A stretch of 64,000 bases of DNA from an uncultured Spirochaetota bacterium (GCA_963827275.1 CAWHAA010000004.1:192001-256000), one strand, 5' to 3'; shown: positions 39,319 through 49,881, counted from the first letter of the stretch. Notes: generated by a model not told the origin, from the sequence alone. Numbers and translations: made by a program.

Positions 39319-39660
39319 ATGAAACTTATCATAGCAGTGGTCCAGCCTGAAAAGCTGACTGACGTCAAGCAGGCCCTCGCCGAGGCGAAGGTCGGCAAGA
39401 TGACGGTGTCAAACGTTATCGGGTGCGGTTCGCAGGGAGGGTTTACCGAAACCTACCGGGGCGCGGAAACCGAGGTGAACCTCCTTGACAAGGTCCGCTT
39501 CGAGATCGCGGTGAACGACGGGTTCGTGAAGCCGACGATCGATGCGATCGTCAAAGGCGCGCGTACTGGAAAGATCGGGGACGGCAAGATTTTCGTCGTT
39601 CCCCTCGAGGAGTGCATCAGGGTGCGCACCGGCGAGACCGGGAGCGAAGCGATTGGATAG
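39319..39660 (+). CDS. glnK: PII nitrogen regulatory protein
   Basis: YRGAE T-loop, [19 protein letters not shown]; adjacent to amtB. Confidence 0.93.
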   Translation: MKLIIAVVQPEKLTDVKQALAEAKVGKMTVSNVIGCGSQGGFTETYRGAETEVNLLDKVRFEIAVNDGFVKPTIDAIVKGARTGKIGDGKIFVVPLEECIRVRTGETGSEAIG

Positions 39661-39752
39661 CGATGGCGGGATACTCCGGCCGGTTCTGCTGCGGCGGAAT
39701 CGGCGGAGCATCCGCTTGAAAAATGATTTCAATACATCAGTGGAGATAGAAT

Positions 39753-40793
39753 ATGAAAAAGTTAATCAGTAGTCTTGTAATGGTCTCTTTTCTTTCCGGC
39801 GCGGTTCTCGCGCAGGAAAAGAAGGAGGACGCAGGGAAAAAAAGCGAGCCGATAGGCCTTTCCTTTGGCCTTGATTATTACAGCACCTACCTCTGGCGGG
39901 GCACGAAGTTTTTCAGCGGCGACGGCGCCTTTATCCCCAAGGTGTCCTGGAACGTGATGGGGACGGGCCTGGTCCTGTCGGTCGCGGGAGAGATCGCGTC
40001 AAGCTGGGTCTTCAACGGGTTCAAAAACAAGCCGGGGAAATACGCGTGGCGCTTCGATTCGTCCGGGTCCCCCTACCGGAGGCAGCTGAATTTCAACCAC
40101 CTCGCCTACGCCACCCACAGCCTCGATGCGGGCGCCGATTATTCCTACACGATCAACGACGCCGTCACCATCGGCGCGAGCGTCTGGTACTGGTGGTACT
40201 TCAACTCGGCCGGCGCCCGGGAGTACGCGCGTCCGAAAGTCGAATTCACGGACATCGGCGGCATGCATCGGGTCTCGTATGTGGACCTCAGCTTCCTGAC
40301 CACCACGGTATCGATAGGCCTTCCGATCGTGCCGTACATCAATCCGACGGTGTCCCTGACCCACGATTACTACACCGGCCTCGGGCGCGGCGGCGATTAT
40401 TACGTGCAGATGGGGATCAGCCATCCCTTCGAGCTCACCAGGGAAGTGGTGCTGACGCCGGGCCTTTCGGCCGGATACTATTACAACACCACGGCGCGGT
40501 ACACCAATTACAGCGTCATGTGGGACCTGTCGGGCAGCGCGCTTGACACGACAGAGAGCTTCGCCTTCAGCGGTGAGACCAGGACGGTCACCTGGGGAGG
40601 CGTCAAGCAGATACGGACACCGCTGAAGAAGGGCTTCAGCGATATCACGCCGAGCCTGGCCCTGACCTTCACCAAAGGGCCGCTTTCCCTGAACGGCGGG
40701 TTCTCCTGGTGCATCGTGCCGGCGAAGACGTGGTACAACGGCGCCGAGGTGCACCGCCTCTATGCAAAGGTGGGAATAGCATGCGCGATATAA
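39753..40793 (+). CDS. Secreted probable outer-membrane beta-barrel (TorF-like putative porin)
   Basis: Signal peptide (AVLA-Q), YYSTYLWRG motif, alternating Y/W/G-rich beta-strands; follows glnK on the same strand. Confidence 0.6.
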   Translation: MKKLISSLVMVSFLSGAVLAQEKKEDAGKKSEPIGLSFGLDYYSTYLWRGTKFFSGDGAFIPKVSWNVMGTGLVLSVAGEIASSWVFNGFKNKPGKYAWRFDSSGSPYRRQLNFNHLAYATHSLDAGADYSYTINDAVTIGASVWYWWYFNSAGAREYARPKVEFTDIGGMHRVSYVDLSFLTTTVSIGLPIVPYINPTVSLTHDYYTGLGRGGDYYVQMGISHPFELTREVVLTPGLSAGYYYNTTARYTNYSVMWDLSGSALDTTESFAFSGETRTVTWGGVKQIRTPLKKGFSDITPSLALTFTKGPLSLNGGFSWCIVPAKTWYNGAEVHRLYAKVGIACAI

Positions 40794-40814
40794 TGATAAA
40801 GTGATAGGCTTCCG

Positions 40815-40844
40815 TGCGGGGCCCCGGATTTCCGGGGCCCCGCA
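40815..40844 (+). terminator. Strong hairpin ending the amtB-glnK-porin unit
   Basis: TGCGGGGCCCCGGA-TT-TCCGGGGCCCCGCA perfect inverted repeat; no U-tract. Confidence 0.6.
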
Positions 40845-40939
40845 TCACCGGAAATCATCACTCCCCCCATCCATAATCTTATTGACATATTCCCGCCGGC
40901 GATAAACATATTAATCATCCTATACACAGGAGCCCTCCC

Positions 40940-42286
40940 ATGTTACAGATGATACGCCGCTATTTCATGTTCGACGAGCTCGGCACCAATTTCAGGCATG
41001 AGATCATGGGAGGGCTTACGACCTTCGTCACCATGGCCTACATTATCATCGTAAACCCGAAAATCCTCGAGGCGGCCGGAATTCCCTTCGGGCCCTCGAT
41101 GGTGGCGACGATCATATCGGCCTTTTTCGGCACCCTGCTCATGGCGGTATACGCGAAGCGCCCCTTCGCGGTGGCTCCCTACATGGGGCAGAACGCCTTT
41201 GTCGCGTTTACCGTGGTCAAGGTGATGGGCTTTTCCTGGCAGACCGCGCTGGGCGCGATCTTCATCGGCGGCGTGATCTTCACGGCGCTGACCCTGTTGA
41301 AAATACGCTCCTGGCTGGCAAACCTCATTCCGATCAACCTGAAGATCTCCTTCGCGGTGGGGATCGGCCTCTTCCTGACCTTCATCGGCCTGAACGAATC
41401 GGGCCTGGTTATCATTGGCGTCCCTGGCGCGCCGGTGAACATCGGCAGGCTGTCCCAGCCGGGGCCGGTGCTCGCGATCATCACGGTTTTCATTATTGCC
41501 CTGCTCATGATCCGGAAGATCAAGGGGTCGATGCTGATCGGGATCCTGGGCGCCACGGCGATCGCGATCGTCCTTCAGCTTGCGGCGCCCGGACTCACGA
41601 GCGCCGGATCGCCGCTGGTGACAATACCCGACGCGATCGTGGGCCTGCCCCCGTCCCTCGGGCCCATATTCCTCAAGCTCGATATTTTCGGCGCGCTGAG
41701 CTGGGGGTTTTTCTCCGTGGTGCTCACCGTGTTCGTCATGGACTTCGTCGATACCATGGGCACCCTGATCGGCCTGTCGTACCGGGCAAAGCTGCTTGAC
41801 GAAAATGGCGAGCTCCCCGAGATCGAGAAGCCGATGCTCTGCGACGCACTGGCGATGACCGCGGCCGCGCTGCTCGGCACCACCACCACCGGCGCCTACA
41901 TCGAGTCGGCCGCAGGCATCGAGGAGGGCGCGAAATCAGGCTTCGCCTCGGTGGTGACGGCGCTCATGATGCTTTCCGCCCTTTTCTTCGCGCCCCTCTT
42001 CTCCATCATCCCGTCCTTCGCGTACGGGCCGGCCCTCATCATCGTGGGGATGATGATGATCGCGCCGGTGGCGAACATCAATTTCGACGACCTGTCCGAG
42101 CTCATCCCGTCATTCATCACCATCACCCTCATGTGCTTCACCTATAACCTGGGGATCGGCATGACGGCGGGGTTCGTGACCTACCCGGTGATCAAGCTGT
42201 TCGCCGGTAAGATAAGGGAGGTGAACGCGGGGATGTGGATCCTCTTCGCGTTTTCCCTCGCGTTTTTTATTTTCTATCCCTATTGA
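40940..42286 (+). CDS. NCS2/AzgA family purine permease
   Basis: GLTTFVTMAYIIIVNP, APYMGQNAF, DFVDTMGT, YIESAAG. Confidence 0.92.
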   Translation: MLQMIRRYFMFDELGTNFRHEIMGGLTTFVTMAYIIIVNPKILEAAGIPFGPSMVATIISAFFGTLLMAVYAKRPFAVAPYMGQNAFVAFTVVKVMGFSWQTALGAIFIGGVIFTALTLLKIRSWLANLIPINLKISFAVGIGLFLTFIGLNESGLVIIGVPGAPVNIGRLSQPGPVLAIITVFIIALLMIRKIKGSMLIGILGATAIAIVLQLAAPGLTSAGSPLVTIPDAIVGLPPSLGPIFLKLDIFGALSWGFFSVVLTVFVMDFVDTMGTLIGLSYRAKLLDENGELPEIEKPMLCDALAMTAAALLGTTTTGAYIESAAGIEEGAKSGFASVVTALMMLSALFFAPLFSIIPSFAYGPALIIVGMMMIAPVANINFDDLSELIPSFITITLMCFTYNLGIGMTAGFVTYPVIKLFAGKIREVNAGMWILFAFSLAFFIFYPY

Positions 42287-42300
42287 GACGGGGCCGGCGG

Positions 42301-43629
42301 ATGAACCAGTTCGGAGACGTGCCTGAGGAAAGGCTGCAGGAGGAATACCGGCAGACCGTGCTGGGGAAATACCTGCGCTTTTCCGTGATCGGGGCGGTCA
42401 TGATCTTTGTCGCGATCGCCTATTTCATCTATGAGGACCATGTCAACGGGCTTCCTGCTATATCTGTCTCCTTCAGGCTCCTGCCGGTCGCGCTTTCAGC
42501 CTTTTTCCTTATCGTGCGGCTCACCCCTCTCAGGAACCGCACCACGCTGATAATCGGCCTGTACTATCTCTGCCTGGCCGGGCTCATGGTCATGATGGCG
42601 GGGCTCCTGGTGATAGCGGCCCCGACGAAGAGCTATGAGACGTACGTGCTCGGCACCGTGGTGGTGATCTTCTGCGTGTACCTCGCGAGCTTCTACAAGA
42701 TGAAGTACCTGGTCCCCGTATACGTCATCCCGCTGGGCGCCGCCATAACCGCCATCATCGCGAACGGCTCGATCCCGGTCCAGCGGGTGCTGGTCCTGTC
42801 GAATACCATCGTCGTCGCCTTCGTCTGCTGCCTGCTGACCGAGCTCCTTGACAGGATCCGCTACAGGGAGTTCCGCTCAAGCAGGATCATAGAGGCGCGG
42901 AACGTGACCCTGAGCAAGGAGCTGGCACTGGCCATGGCGGTGCAGCGCAACATCCTGCCGCACCGGGTGCCGGTCCCCGATGCCGTGAGCGTATCGGCGG
43001 AATATATCCCGATGATCGGCATCGGCGGGGACCTCTACGATTTTGTCGAATTCAGGGAGCAGGACGCCTTCGGCCTTTTTGTCTGCGATGTTTCCGGCCA
43101 CGGCGTTTCGGCGGCGCTCATATCAAGCATGGTCAAGGCGCACCTGAGCACGGTGCGGCATTCCTGCACCTCCCCGGCGGAGCTCCTGGGCTACATCAAC
43201 GAGCGGCTCGTGGGGCAGATCGGGGACCATTTCGTGACCGCGTTTTACGGCATCTACCGCGCGCCGGACCGGACCTTCACCTTCGCCCGCGCCGGGCACT
43301 GCTACCCGATCCTGGACCGGGGCGGCGAGATCACGGAGCTCAGGAGCCGGGGGAGCTTTCTCGGCAGGATCGGCGCGCTGGCGCTGGAGGAGGCGGCGGT
43401 GGGCCTCGACGCGGGCGACCGCATCATCATCTACACCGACGGCATCATCGAGGCCAGGGCGGACCGGGAGGGCATCTTCGGGGAGGAGCGCCTCATCAGC
43501 GCCGTCCGCGAGCACCGCGGCCTTGACAACGAGCGCCACATCGGGGCGATCATCGGCGCGGTGCGGCGGTTCCAGGGGCGGGAGGATTTCGAGGACGACG
43601 TCTGCATCATCACCATGCAGGTGCGGTGA
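42301..43629 (+). CDS. Membrane-anchored SpoIIE/PP2C phosphatase
   Basis: About 6 N-terminal TM; GGDLYD, DVSGHG, AGH, YTDG, EDD. Confidence 0.9.
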   Translation: MNQFGDVPEERLQEEYRQTVLGKYLRFSVIGAVMIFVAIAYFIYEDHVNGLPAISVSFRLLPVALSAFFLIVRLTPLRNRTTLIIGLYYLCLAGLMVMMAGLLVIAAPTKSYETYVLGTVVVIFCVYLASFYKMKYLVPVYVIPLGAAITAIIANGSIPVQRVLVLSNTIVVAFVCCLLTELLDRIRYREFRSSRIIEARNVTLSKELALAMAVQRNILPHRVPVPDAVSVSAEYIPMIGIGGDLYDFVEFREQDAFGLFVCDVSGHGVSAALISSMVKAHLSTVRHSCTSPAELLGYINERLVGQIGDHFVTAFYGIYRAPDRTFTFARAGHCYPILDRGGEITELRSRGSFLGRIGALALEEAAVGLDAGDRIIIYTDGIIEARADREGIFGEERLISAVREHRGLDNERHIGAIIGAVRRFQGREDFEDDVCIITMQVR

Positions 43630-43640
43630 CCCGGACGCGG

Positions 43641-44225
43641 TCACCTGCTCCGCTTCAGCTTTTTCCTCCGCCGCACGCTGTACCCGAAATACCCCATGGG
43701 CCTTCCGAGCCCGCAGTAGTCGCCGTGGTTGTAGCAGGCCAGGCCCGCGCGCTCCAGGCAGAGCTTCCCCTTGCCGTCGATGAGCCCCTCGTCCACGTTG
43801 ACCGCGACGATCCTCGACAGGAACATGTCGTGCGAGCCCAGGCGGAGGACCTCCGTCACCTCGCACTCGATGTTGACCGGGCTTTCCTCGATTAGCGGCA
43901 CGCCGACGACCGATGCAGGCGCCGCGGTGAGCTTCGCCGCCCTGAACTTGTCCACGCTCCTGCCTGATTTCACGCCGCACAGGTCGGCGGCGCGGACAAG
44001 CCCGCGCGTGACAAGGTTCACCACGAACTGCTTGCGCTCCGCTATGAGCCCGTGCGAATAGCGTTCGGGCCGCACGGATATGGACAGCATCGGCGGCTCC
44101 GAATTTATGGTGCCGGTCCAGGCGATAGTGATGATGTTGGGCCTCCCCTCCCCGTCGGCGCAGGTGACCATCACCACCGGCACCGGGTTCAGCATCGTCG
44201 AGGGCTTCCACTGGATTTTTGGCAT
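43641..44225 (-). CDS. Flavin reductase family (flavoredoxin-like) protein
   Basis: PVPVVMV, NIITIAWTG, SVRPERYS, CGVKSGR, ECEV, GSHDMF. Confidence 0.9.
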   Translation of the reverse strand: MPKIQWKPSTMLNPVPVVMVTCADGEGRPNIITIAWTGTINSEPPMLSISVRPERYSHGLIAERKQFVVNLVTRGLVRAADLCGVKSGRSVDKFRAAKLTAAPASVVGVPLIEESPVNIECEVTEVLRLGSHDMFLSRIVAVNVDEGLIDGKGKLCLERAGLACYNHGDYCGLGRPMGYFGYSVRRRKKLKRSR

Positions 44226-44527
44226 TCGCGTCACCTCACGGGTTCCTGGGTCACGGCGGCAGCGATCGCGGCGGGTGCGGACGATGCATTGCCTCTGCCC
44301 TGCCGCGCATGCGTGCGGGATGCGCCGGATGCATGAGTATGGAACAATCCGGTTTTCTGTAAAGGTTTTTATCTCCGGCGCGGCCAATTCCCCGCGGTCG
44401 GCCCCGGTGATCCCTTAAAAATATTGCGTGCGATGTATATTTCTTGACATTGTTTTAATGCTGGTATTGTTTTTAACTGCTGCCCGCTATGGGCAGTACA
44501 GAGATACACCCCAGAGGCCCGGAAAGA

Positions 44528-46696
44528 ATGAATAAACTATGTGTCTCCCTCATGTTGGTCCTGTTGTTGTGCGGCGTCTCCCATGCCGGTCCCATCATAA
44601 TTGACAACACCCTCACAAAAAAGCAGATCACAACCGACATAGAATACCTGGCTGATGCAACCGGCGGAATGACCCTCGACCAGGCAAAATCGAATGAAGC
44701 CGGCTGGGCCCGCACCGAGAAAAAGGCCTTTAACTTCGGCTTCACTACCACGGAGTACTGGTTCAGGTTCACTGTTGAAAATCCCGGGAAAAAGACCATG
44801 CCCTGGTTTTTTGAGATCGATTACCCGATGATAGACGACATCAAACTGTATATTCCTGACGGCGAAGAGGGGTATGTCATCAGGGAGTACGGCGACCACC
44901 TCCCTTTCGATAAGAGGGACATCAAGGACCGGACTTTTATCTTTTCCCTCGATGCGCATCCCGGCTCCTGGACCTACTACTTTCATATCAAGACCACCAG
45001 CTCGATCAACTTCCAGGCGCTGGCGTGGACGCCGAACTTTTATTTCAATAACGTGTTCAGCGAGCTCCCCCTGTTCTGGATCTACTACGGGCTCATGATG
45101 GTCATGGTGCTCTACAACCTCCTGCTGTTCGTTACGATACGCGAGATAAGCTTCCTGCTCTATTCCCTGTTTATTACCTGCTGGGGCCTTTTTCAATTGA
45201 CCCTGAACGGGTTTGCTTTCCAGTACCTGTGGCCCAACCTGATCTGGTGGGCGAATGTCTGCCTCCCCTTTTTCATGTCGCTGATCGCGGTGTTCTGCGT
45301 GATGTTCGTGCGGGAATACCTGCAGACGAAGCTGAATTATCCAAGGTTGAACAAGTTCTTTATCTTCGGCCTGCTCATACCCAGCTCGATCATCGGCGTG
45401 GTGACGCTTCTGATACCCTACAAGTTTAGCATTAAAATTGCCACCATCAATTCCCTGCTGTTCGCGCTTATAATGATTCCCGTGGGGACGTTCCTGAGCA
45501 TTCGCGGGTACCGGCCCGCGAAGTTTTTCCTGGGCGGTTGGGGATTGCTCTTCCTCGGCATCGCTGCCTACACGCTGAAAACCTTCGGGATACTGCCGGC
45601 GAACTTCTTCACCAACTGGGGCATCCAGATCGGGTCCTCCATGATGGTGGTCCTGATCTCCCTCGGGCTCGGCGACAAGATCAACAGCATGAAGAAAGAT
45701 CTTCAAAGGCTGAACGCCGAATCAGAGAAGAACGAGAAGGTGGCCAGGAGCCGGGCCGGGTACCTGGAGGGGATCGTGAACACGGTCAGGTCGATTTCAC
45801 AGGACCTCATGCAGATCGGCAATGAAATGTCGGGCATGGGCTCGAAGTTTGCGGACCTCGGCACCGAGCAGGCCTCCACGAGCGAGGAGATGTCCGCGAC
45901 CTTCGAGGAGCTGGTCGTGGCCAACGACAACATCTACCGCCGCACCGTGAGCCAGAAGGACGAGGGCAAGAAGACGCGGGAGCTTTCCGGCCTGACCGCC
46001 GACACCCAGAAAAAAATATCGGAATCGAGCCAGGCGGTGGTGGACAGCATGGGGGTCATCTCCGATTCCACGAACGTGACGGAATTCACCATGCGGAACC
46101 TCACCGAGAAGATGAACGTCATCATGGCGGGCGGCAGGTCGATCGACCAGTTCGTCGTCATGATCGACGACATCACCGACCGGATCAACCTCCTCAGCCT
46201 GAACGCCGCCATCGAGGCGGCCCGCGCCGGCGAGCACGGCCGCGGCTTCGCGGTCGTCGCCGACGAGATCGGGAAGCTGGCGCAGGCGACCTCCGACAAC
46301 TCAAAGGAGATATCGAGCAAGATACGCCAGATATCCCAGGACATCCAGGAAGGGATGGGGATGCTGAACAACACGAACAATTCTATAGACGTCATCTTCA
46401 AGATGGTCGAGACGATAAACGACAGGATCAGCATCGTCGCCAAGCACATGGACAGCCAGGCCCACGCGATACAGGACGTTACCCGGCAGGCCGAGCTCAT
46501 GGACAGCCTGTCGGAATCGATCTCCATCTCGAGCCGCGAGCAGAACGCCGCCATGGAAGAGACGCTGAAGACGATTTCCCGCCTTTCCGATATCGCGCAG
46601 GAGGTGTCGCAGTCGACGGTCACCATCAACAACATCTCCCGGACGATCAATGACAAGGTGCGGCAGCTCGACGAGATCGTGAAAAACATCGAATGA
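44528..46696 (+). CDS. Methyl-accepting chemotaxis protein with 7TM-DISM sensor
   Basis: NFGF....YW 7TMR-DISMED2-like domain, 7 [35 protein letters not shown] signalling tip. Confidence 0.93.
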   Translation: MNKLCVSLMLVLLLCGVSHAGPIIIDNTLTKKQITTDIEYLADATGGMTLDQAKSNEAGWARTEKKAFNFGFTTTEYWFRFTVENPGKKTMPWFFEIDYPMIDDIKLYIPDGEEGYVIREYGDHLPFDKRDIKDRTFIFSLDAHPGSWTYYFHIKTTSSINFQALAWTPNFYFNNVFSELPLFWIYYGLMMVMVLYNLLLFVTIREISFLLYSLFITCWGLFQLTLNGFAFQYLWPNLIWWANVCLPFFMSLIAVFCVMFVREYLQTKLNYPRLNKFFIFGLLIPSSIIGVVTLLIPYKFSIKIATINSLLFALIMIPVGTFLSIRGYRPAKFFLGGWGLLFLGIAAYTLKTFGILPANFFTNWGIQIGSSMMVVLISLGLGDKINSMKKDLQRLNAESEKNEKVARSRAGYLEGIVNTVRSISQDLMQIGNEMSGMGSKFADLGTEQASTSEEMSATFEELVVANDNIYRRTVSQKDEGKKTRELSGLTADTQKKISESSQAVVDSMGVISDSTNVTEFTMRNLTEKMNVIMAGGRSIDQFVVMIDDITDRINLLSLNAAIEAARAGEHGRGFAVVADEIGKLAQATSDNSKEISSKIRQISQDIQEGMGMLNNTNNSIDVIFKMVETINDRISIVAKHMDSQAHAIQDVTRQAELMDSLSESISISSREQNAAMEETLKTISRLSDIAQEVSQSTVTINNISRTINDKVRQLDEIVKNIE

Positions 46697-46714
46697 CCGC
46701 CCGCCCGGAAGCGG

Positions 46715-47620
46715 TCAGGGCCTTCTTTTTCCGCCCGGCCCCGCCCGGTGTCCGAGGACCAGCACGGTCCTCTCCGCGGCCGCGTCCGCGCGCTGCCGGT
46801 ATTCCCGCGAAGAGAAATAGCGCACCAGCTCGTCCGTGACGGGCAGGACCTGCTCCGAGGGCGTGAAGAGGACGGGCGTTCCGGTCCGGGCGTCCCGGAC
46901 AGCACCCGCTGAGAACGCGCGGCTTACCGCCGCCAGGGGGTAACGCCCCAGGTCCCTGGCGGCAGCGCGCAGCATGCCTTCGCGCTCCGGGTCGGCGAAC
47001 CTGAAGCTCCCCGAGTACATGACCGCCGCGTGGTAGTGCTCCGGCACGTCCAGGACGGCCCCGGCGCCGAGGTCTGCCGCGAACAGCTTCATGAGGGGCG
47101 CGAGGAACCTGACCGCGCCGAGGCCTGGGTAGGTCTGGCCGGGAAGGCGCGGCCGCTTCCTGGTGAACCGGGCCCGCGGGTCCTGGAGGCAGATCCATTC
47201 TATGGCAATGGCGCTGATGCGCCCGTCGCCGATGGCGCCCGTACCGCGGGGCCCCGCGGGCAGGTAGGTCAGGCGGGACAGGCGGAGGTCGATAAGCAGG
47301 CGCCCGGGCGCGGACCTGCCGAAAAACACGCGCAGGCGGTGGATACCGGCCGGGTCCTTTTCTGTTTCGATGAGCGGGTCTGAAAGGCCCTTTTTATTGA
47401 GATGGTCCATGATGCCGGCGCGGGAAAGGATATCACGGAGGGCATCAGGGGTGTAGACGTCAAGGAAGAGATCCGCGCACTCGCCCGTGCCCGAGACGGA
47501 ACTCAGCGTGCATTCGAACCGCCCAGCACCCAGGTCAAATCCTTCGAACCTGGAGACGGCCGCGGATTTTTCTTTTTTTTTGAAGAAAGACCGGAATATT
47601 TCTAACGGCGATTTCATCAT
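46715..47620 (-). CDS. Conserved hypothetical protein
   Basis: GGAGG RBS at ATG 47620; distinctive EWICLQDPRARF..RPRLPGQ.YPGLG and PEHYHAA motifs. Confidence 0.7.
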   Translation of the reverse strand: MMKSPLEIFRSFFKKKEKSAAVSRFEGFDLGAGRFECTLSSVSGTGECADLFLDVYTPDALRDILSRAGIMDHLNKKGLSDPLIETEKDPAGIHRLRVFFGRSAPGRLLIDLRLSRLTYLPAGPRGTGAIGDGRISAIAIEWICLQDPRARFTRKRPRLPGQTYPGLGAVRFLAPLMKLFAADLGAGAVLDVPEHYHAAVMYSGSFRFADPEREGMLRAAARDLGRYPLAAVSRAFSAGAVRDARTGTPVLFTPSEQVLPVTDELVRYFSSREYRQRADAAAERTVLVLGHRAGPGGKRRP

Positions 47621-47905
47621 GTGCCTCCGGCAAATCATTGCCTGGTCTATGATAAAAAAAATCAAATGATTTTTATTGCCTGCTTCTCTGTCATCACTGA
47701 CTGTAGCCACTATGTTTTTAAGAACTCCCTGCCCCCCCGTAGGGGGCCGCAGGAAATAGTTTTCATCGCATCGCCGGGCCTCTGGCAGCTGTTCAGGGTT
47801 CTATCAAAATTTTCTTGCAAAAATGCTGACCGCTGATCTACTATTCTGCGGGTAGGCATTCGTTGCATTTTTAAAAAAATTTCTGGATTTCCGCGGGTCG
47901 CGCGA

Positions 47906-47924
47906 CCCTTCGACAGGCTCAGGG
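47906..47924. repeat. REP-like element CCCTTCGACAGGCTCAGGG
   Basis: Matches a widespread interspersed palindromic motif recalled from other bacteria; single copy here. Confidence 0.5.
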
Positions 47925-48070
47925 CAAGAATTTTAAACCTCTATCGAGCGCTTTTTCTGCCGGAGGGGGCTTAATCTGAGAGGGGGACGGCTTCAGGTAA
48001 AACGCATTCAGTCTCATGGGCCTATACTGATGAAGATGCAATTATTTTGATAGTTATTTAGGAGAAATTC

Positions 48071-48532
48071 ATGAAAAAGGTGTTCGGAATTGTACTGATG
48101 ATGTTGTTCTGCCTGCTATGCATCAACATCTACGCTGCGGAGAAAGATGCTGATGGGTGCAAGGATCATCCATTGATTCCCAGAATGCAGGGATATTATA
48201 TTGCCGGGTGCAACGAGATTCCTGCCGGAGCTGACCTGGATATTATAAAGGGAGCGATCACCGAGCCAGTCCATTTCGAAGGAACATCCATTGCGTTTTC
48301 ATACATGCCGCAGCCCGGGCTTAAAACTACGCCGAGTGAAGCCCGGCTGCGGAGCCATTTCGATGCTGCCATTAAACAATTGGATGGCGCACTTTTCGGC
48401 ATAACATTCGGACAGAAATGGCCGGTCTATACGTTCGTCAAGGATGGAAAGAAATACTGGGTCATATTGATGGTTGACTCCGGCAAATACTACAATGGTT
48501 CTTATGCGTACAGAATCATAAAAAAAGAATAG
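48071..48532 (+). CDS. Secreted hypothetical protein resembling the N-terminal domain of some OmpA-family proteins
   Basis: AGGAG RBS, signal peptide, D.DGCKDHPLIPRM.GY motif; no OmpA domain. Confidence 0.65.
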   Translation: MKKVFGIVLMMLFCLLCINIYAAEKDADGCKDHPLIPRMQGYYIAGCNEIPAGADLDIIKGAITEPVHFEGTSIAFSYMPQPGLKTTPSEARLRSHFDAAIKQLDGALFGITFGQKWPVYTFVKDGKKYWVILMVDSGKYYNGSYAYRIIKKE

Positions 48533-48729
48533 AAGGTGCGGCGCCTAACAGTGATCAATATTTGAAAAGCCGTCCCGCATAATGCTTGACGGAATGGCCG
48601 TTTGTGGTGTCAAGTAGCCTTGTTTTTTCAGCCCGGGCCGCTGCTGCGGGGATATTTCATCAGTTTTTCCCGGCATCACCGCGACGCGGTGCCATAATAT
48701 GAATAACGACGTGTTTCAATGGAGGATGT

Positions 48730-49881
48730 ATGTCATTTAAGAAATTGCTTGTTGTGCTGCTCTGCGCGGGCCTGCTGTCCCTGGTAGTTTCATGCAAGAA
48801 GAAGAGCGGGGAAAGCATCAAGATCGGCGCTATTTTTTCGGTAACGGGACCGGCCTCGTTCCTGGGGGCGCCGGAGGAAAAAACGGCCCGGATGATGGTC
48901 GATGCGATCAACGACAGGGGCGGGATCAACGGAAAGACCCTCGAGCTGATCGTCAAGGACTCCGCGGGCAGCCCGGAGAAGGCGATCTCCTTCGCCAAGC
49001 AGCTCATCGAGGAAGAAAAGGTGTACGCGATCATCGGCCCTTCCACCAGCGGTGAAACAATGAAGATCAAGGGGATCTGCGAAGAGGGCAAGACCATCCT
49101 TATCTCCTGCGCGGCGGCCGAGGTCATAACCAACCCGGTCACGAAGTATACCTTCAAGGTGGCCCAGAACGACAGCTTCGGCGCGCAGAAGATCTGCGAG
49201 GTGATGAAGAAAAAGGGGATTTTAAAGATAGGGATCATATCCAGCAATGACGGCTACGGCATCGCCGGGAAGGAGCAGATGGAAAAGGCCGCCGCGAAAA
49301 ACGGCATCGCGGTGCTCATCAGCGAGGTTTACGACAAGAAGGCCACCGACCTCAGCGGCGTGCTCACCAAGCTCAAGGCGAAGAACGTGCAGGCGGTGGT
49401 GAACTGGTCGATCGTTCCGGCGCAGTCGATCGTGCCGAAGAACATGAAGCAGCTCAACATGGACGCGGTGCTCTTCCAGAGCAGCGGCTTCGGCAACATC
49501 AAGTATGCGAAGGAGGCGGGCGAGGCCGGCGAGGGCATCATCTTTCCCTGCGGGCGCCTGCTGATTGCGGATGCCTTGCCCGACAACCACCCGCAAAAGG
49601 CCCTGCTCATGAAATACAAGAAGGACTACGAATCGAAATACGGTGAGGACGCCAGCACCTTCGGGGGGCACGCCTATGACGCGATCATCATCCTCGAGGT
49701 GGCGATCCAGAAGGCCGGGACCGACAGGGAACGGGCGCGCGATGCGATAGAGAGCATCAGGGACCTGCCCGGGGTCGGGGGGGTGTATAATTTTTCACCT
49801 GCCGATCACCTCGGACTGGATATCAACGCGTTTGACATGCTCACGGTCAAGGGCGGCAAGTTCGTAAAATACGAGGAATAA
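48730..49881 (+). CDS. LivK-like ABC substrate-binding lipoprotein, copy 1
   Basis: Lipobox SCKK; IKIGAI.SVTGPAS.LG, GGING, IIGPS, STFGGHAYDA. Confidence 0.92.
   Translation: MSFKKLLVVLLCAGLLSLVVSCKKKSGESIKIGAIFSVTGPASFLGAPEEKTARMMVDAINDRGGINGKTLELIVKDSAGSPEKAISFAKQLIEEEKVYAIIGPSTSGETMKIKGICEEGKTILISCAAAEVITNPVTKYTFKVAQNDSFGAQKICEVMKKKGILKIGIISSNDGYGIAGKEQMEKAAAKNGIAVLISEVYDKKATDLSGVLTKLKAKNVQAVVNWSIVPAQSIVPKNMKQLNMDAVLFQSSGFGNIKYAKEAGEAGEGIIFPCGRLLIADALPDNHPQKALLMKYKKDYESKYGEDASTFGGHAYDAIIILEVAIQKAGTDRERARDAIESIRDLPGVGGVYNFSPADHLGLDINAFDMLTVKGGKFVKYEE

Noticed and set aside
40845..40939. Purine riboswitch upstream of the NCS2 permease
   Set aside because: No recognisable aptamer core or expression platform in the short leader
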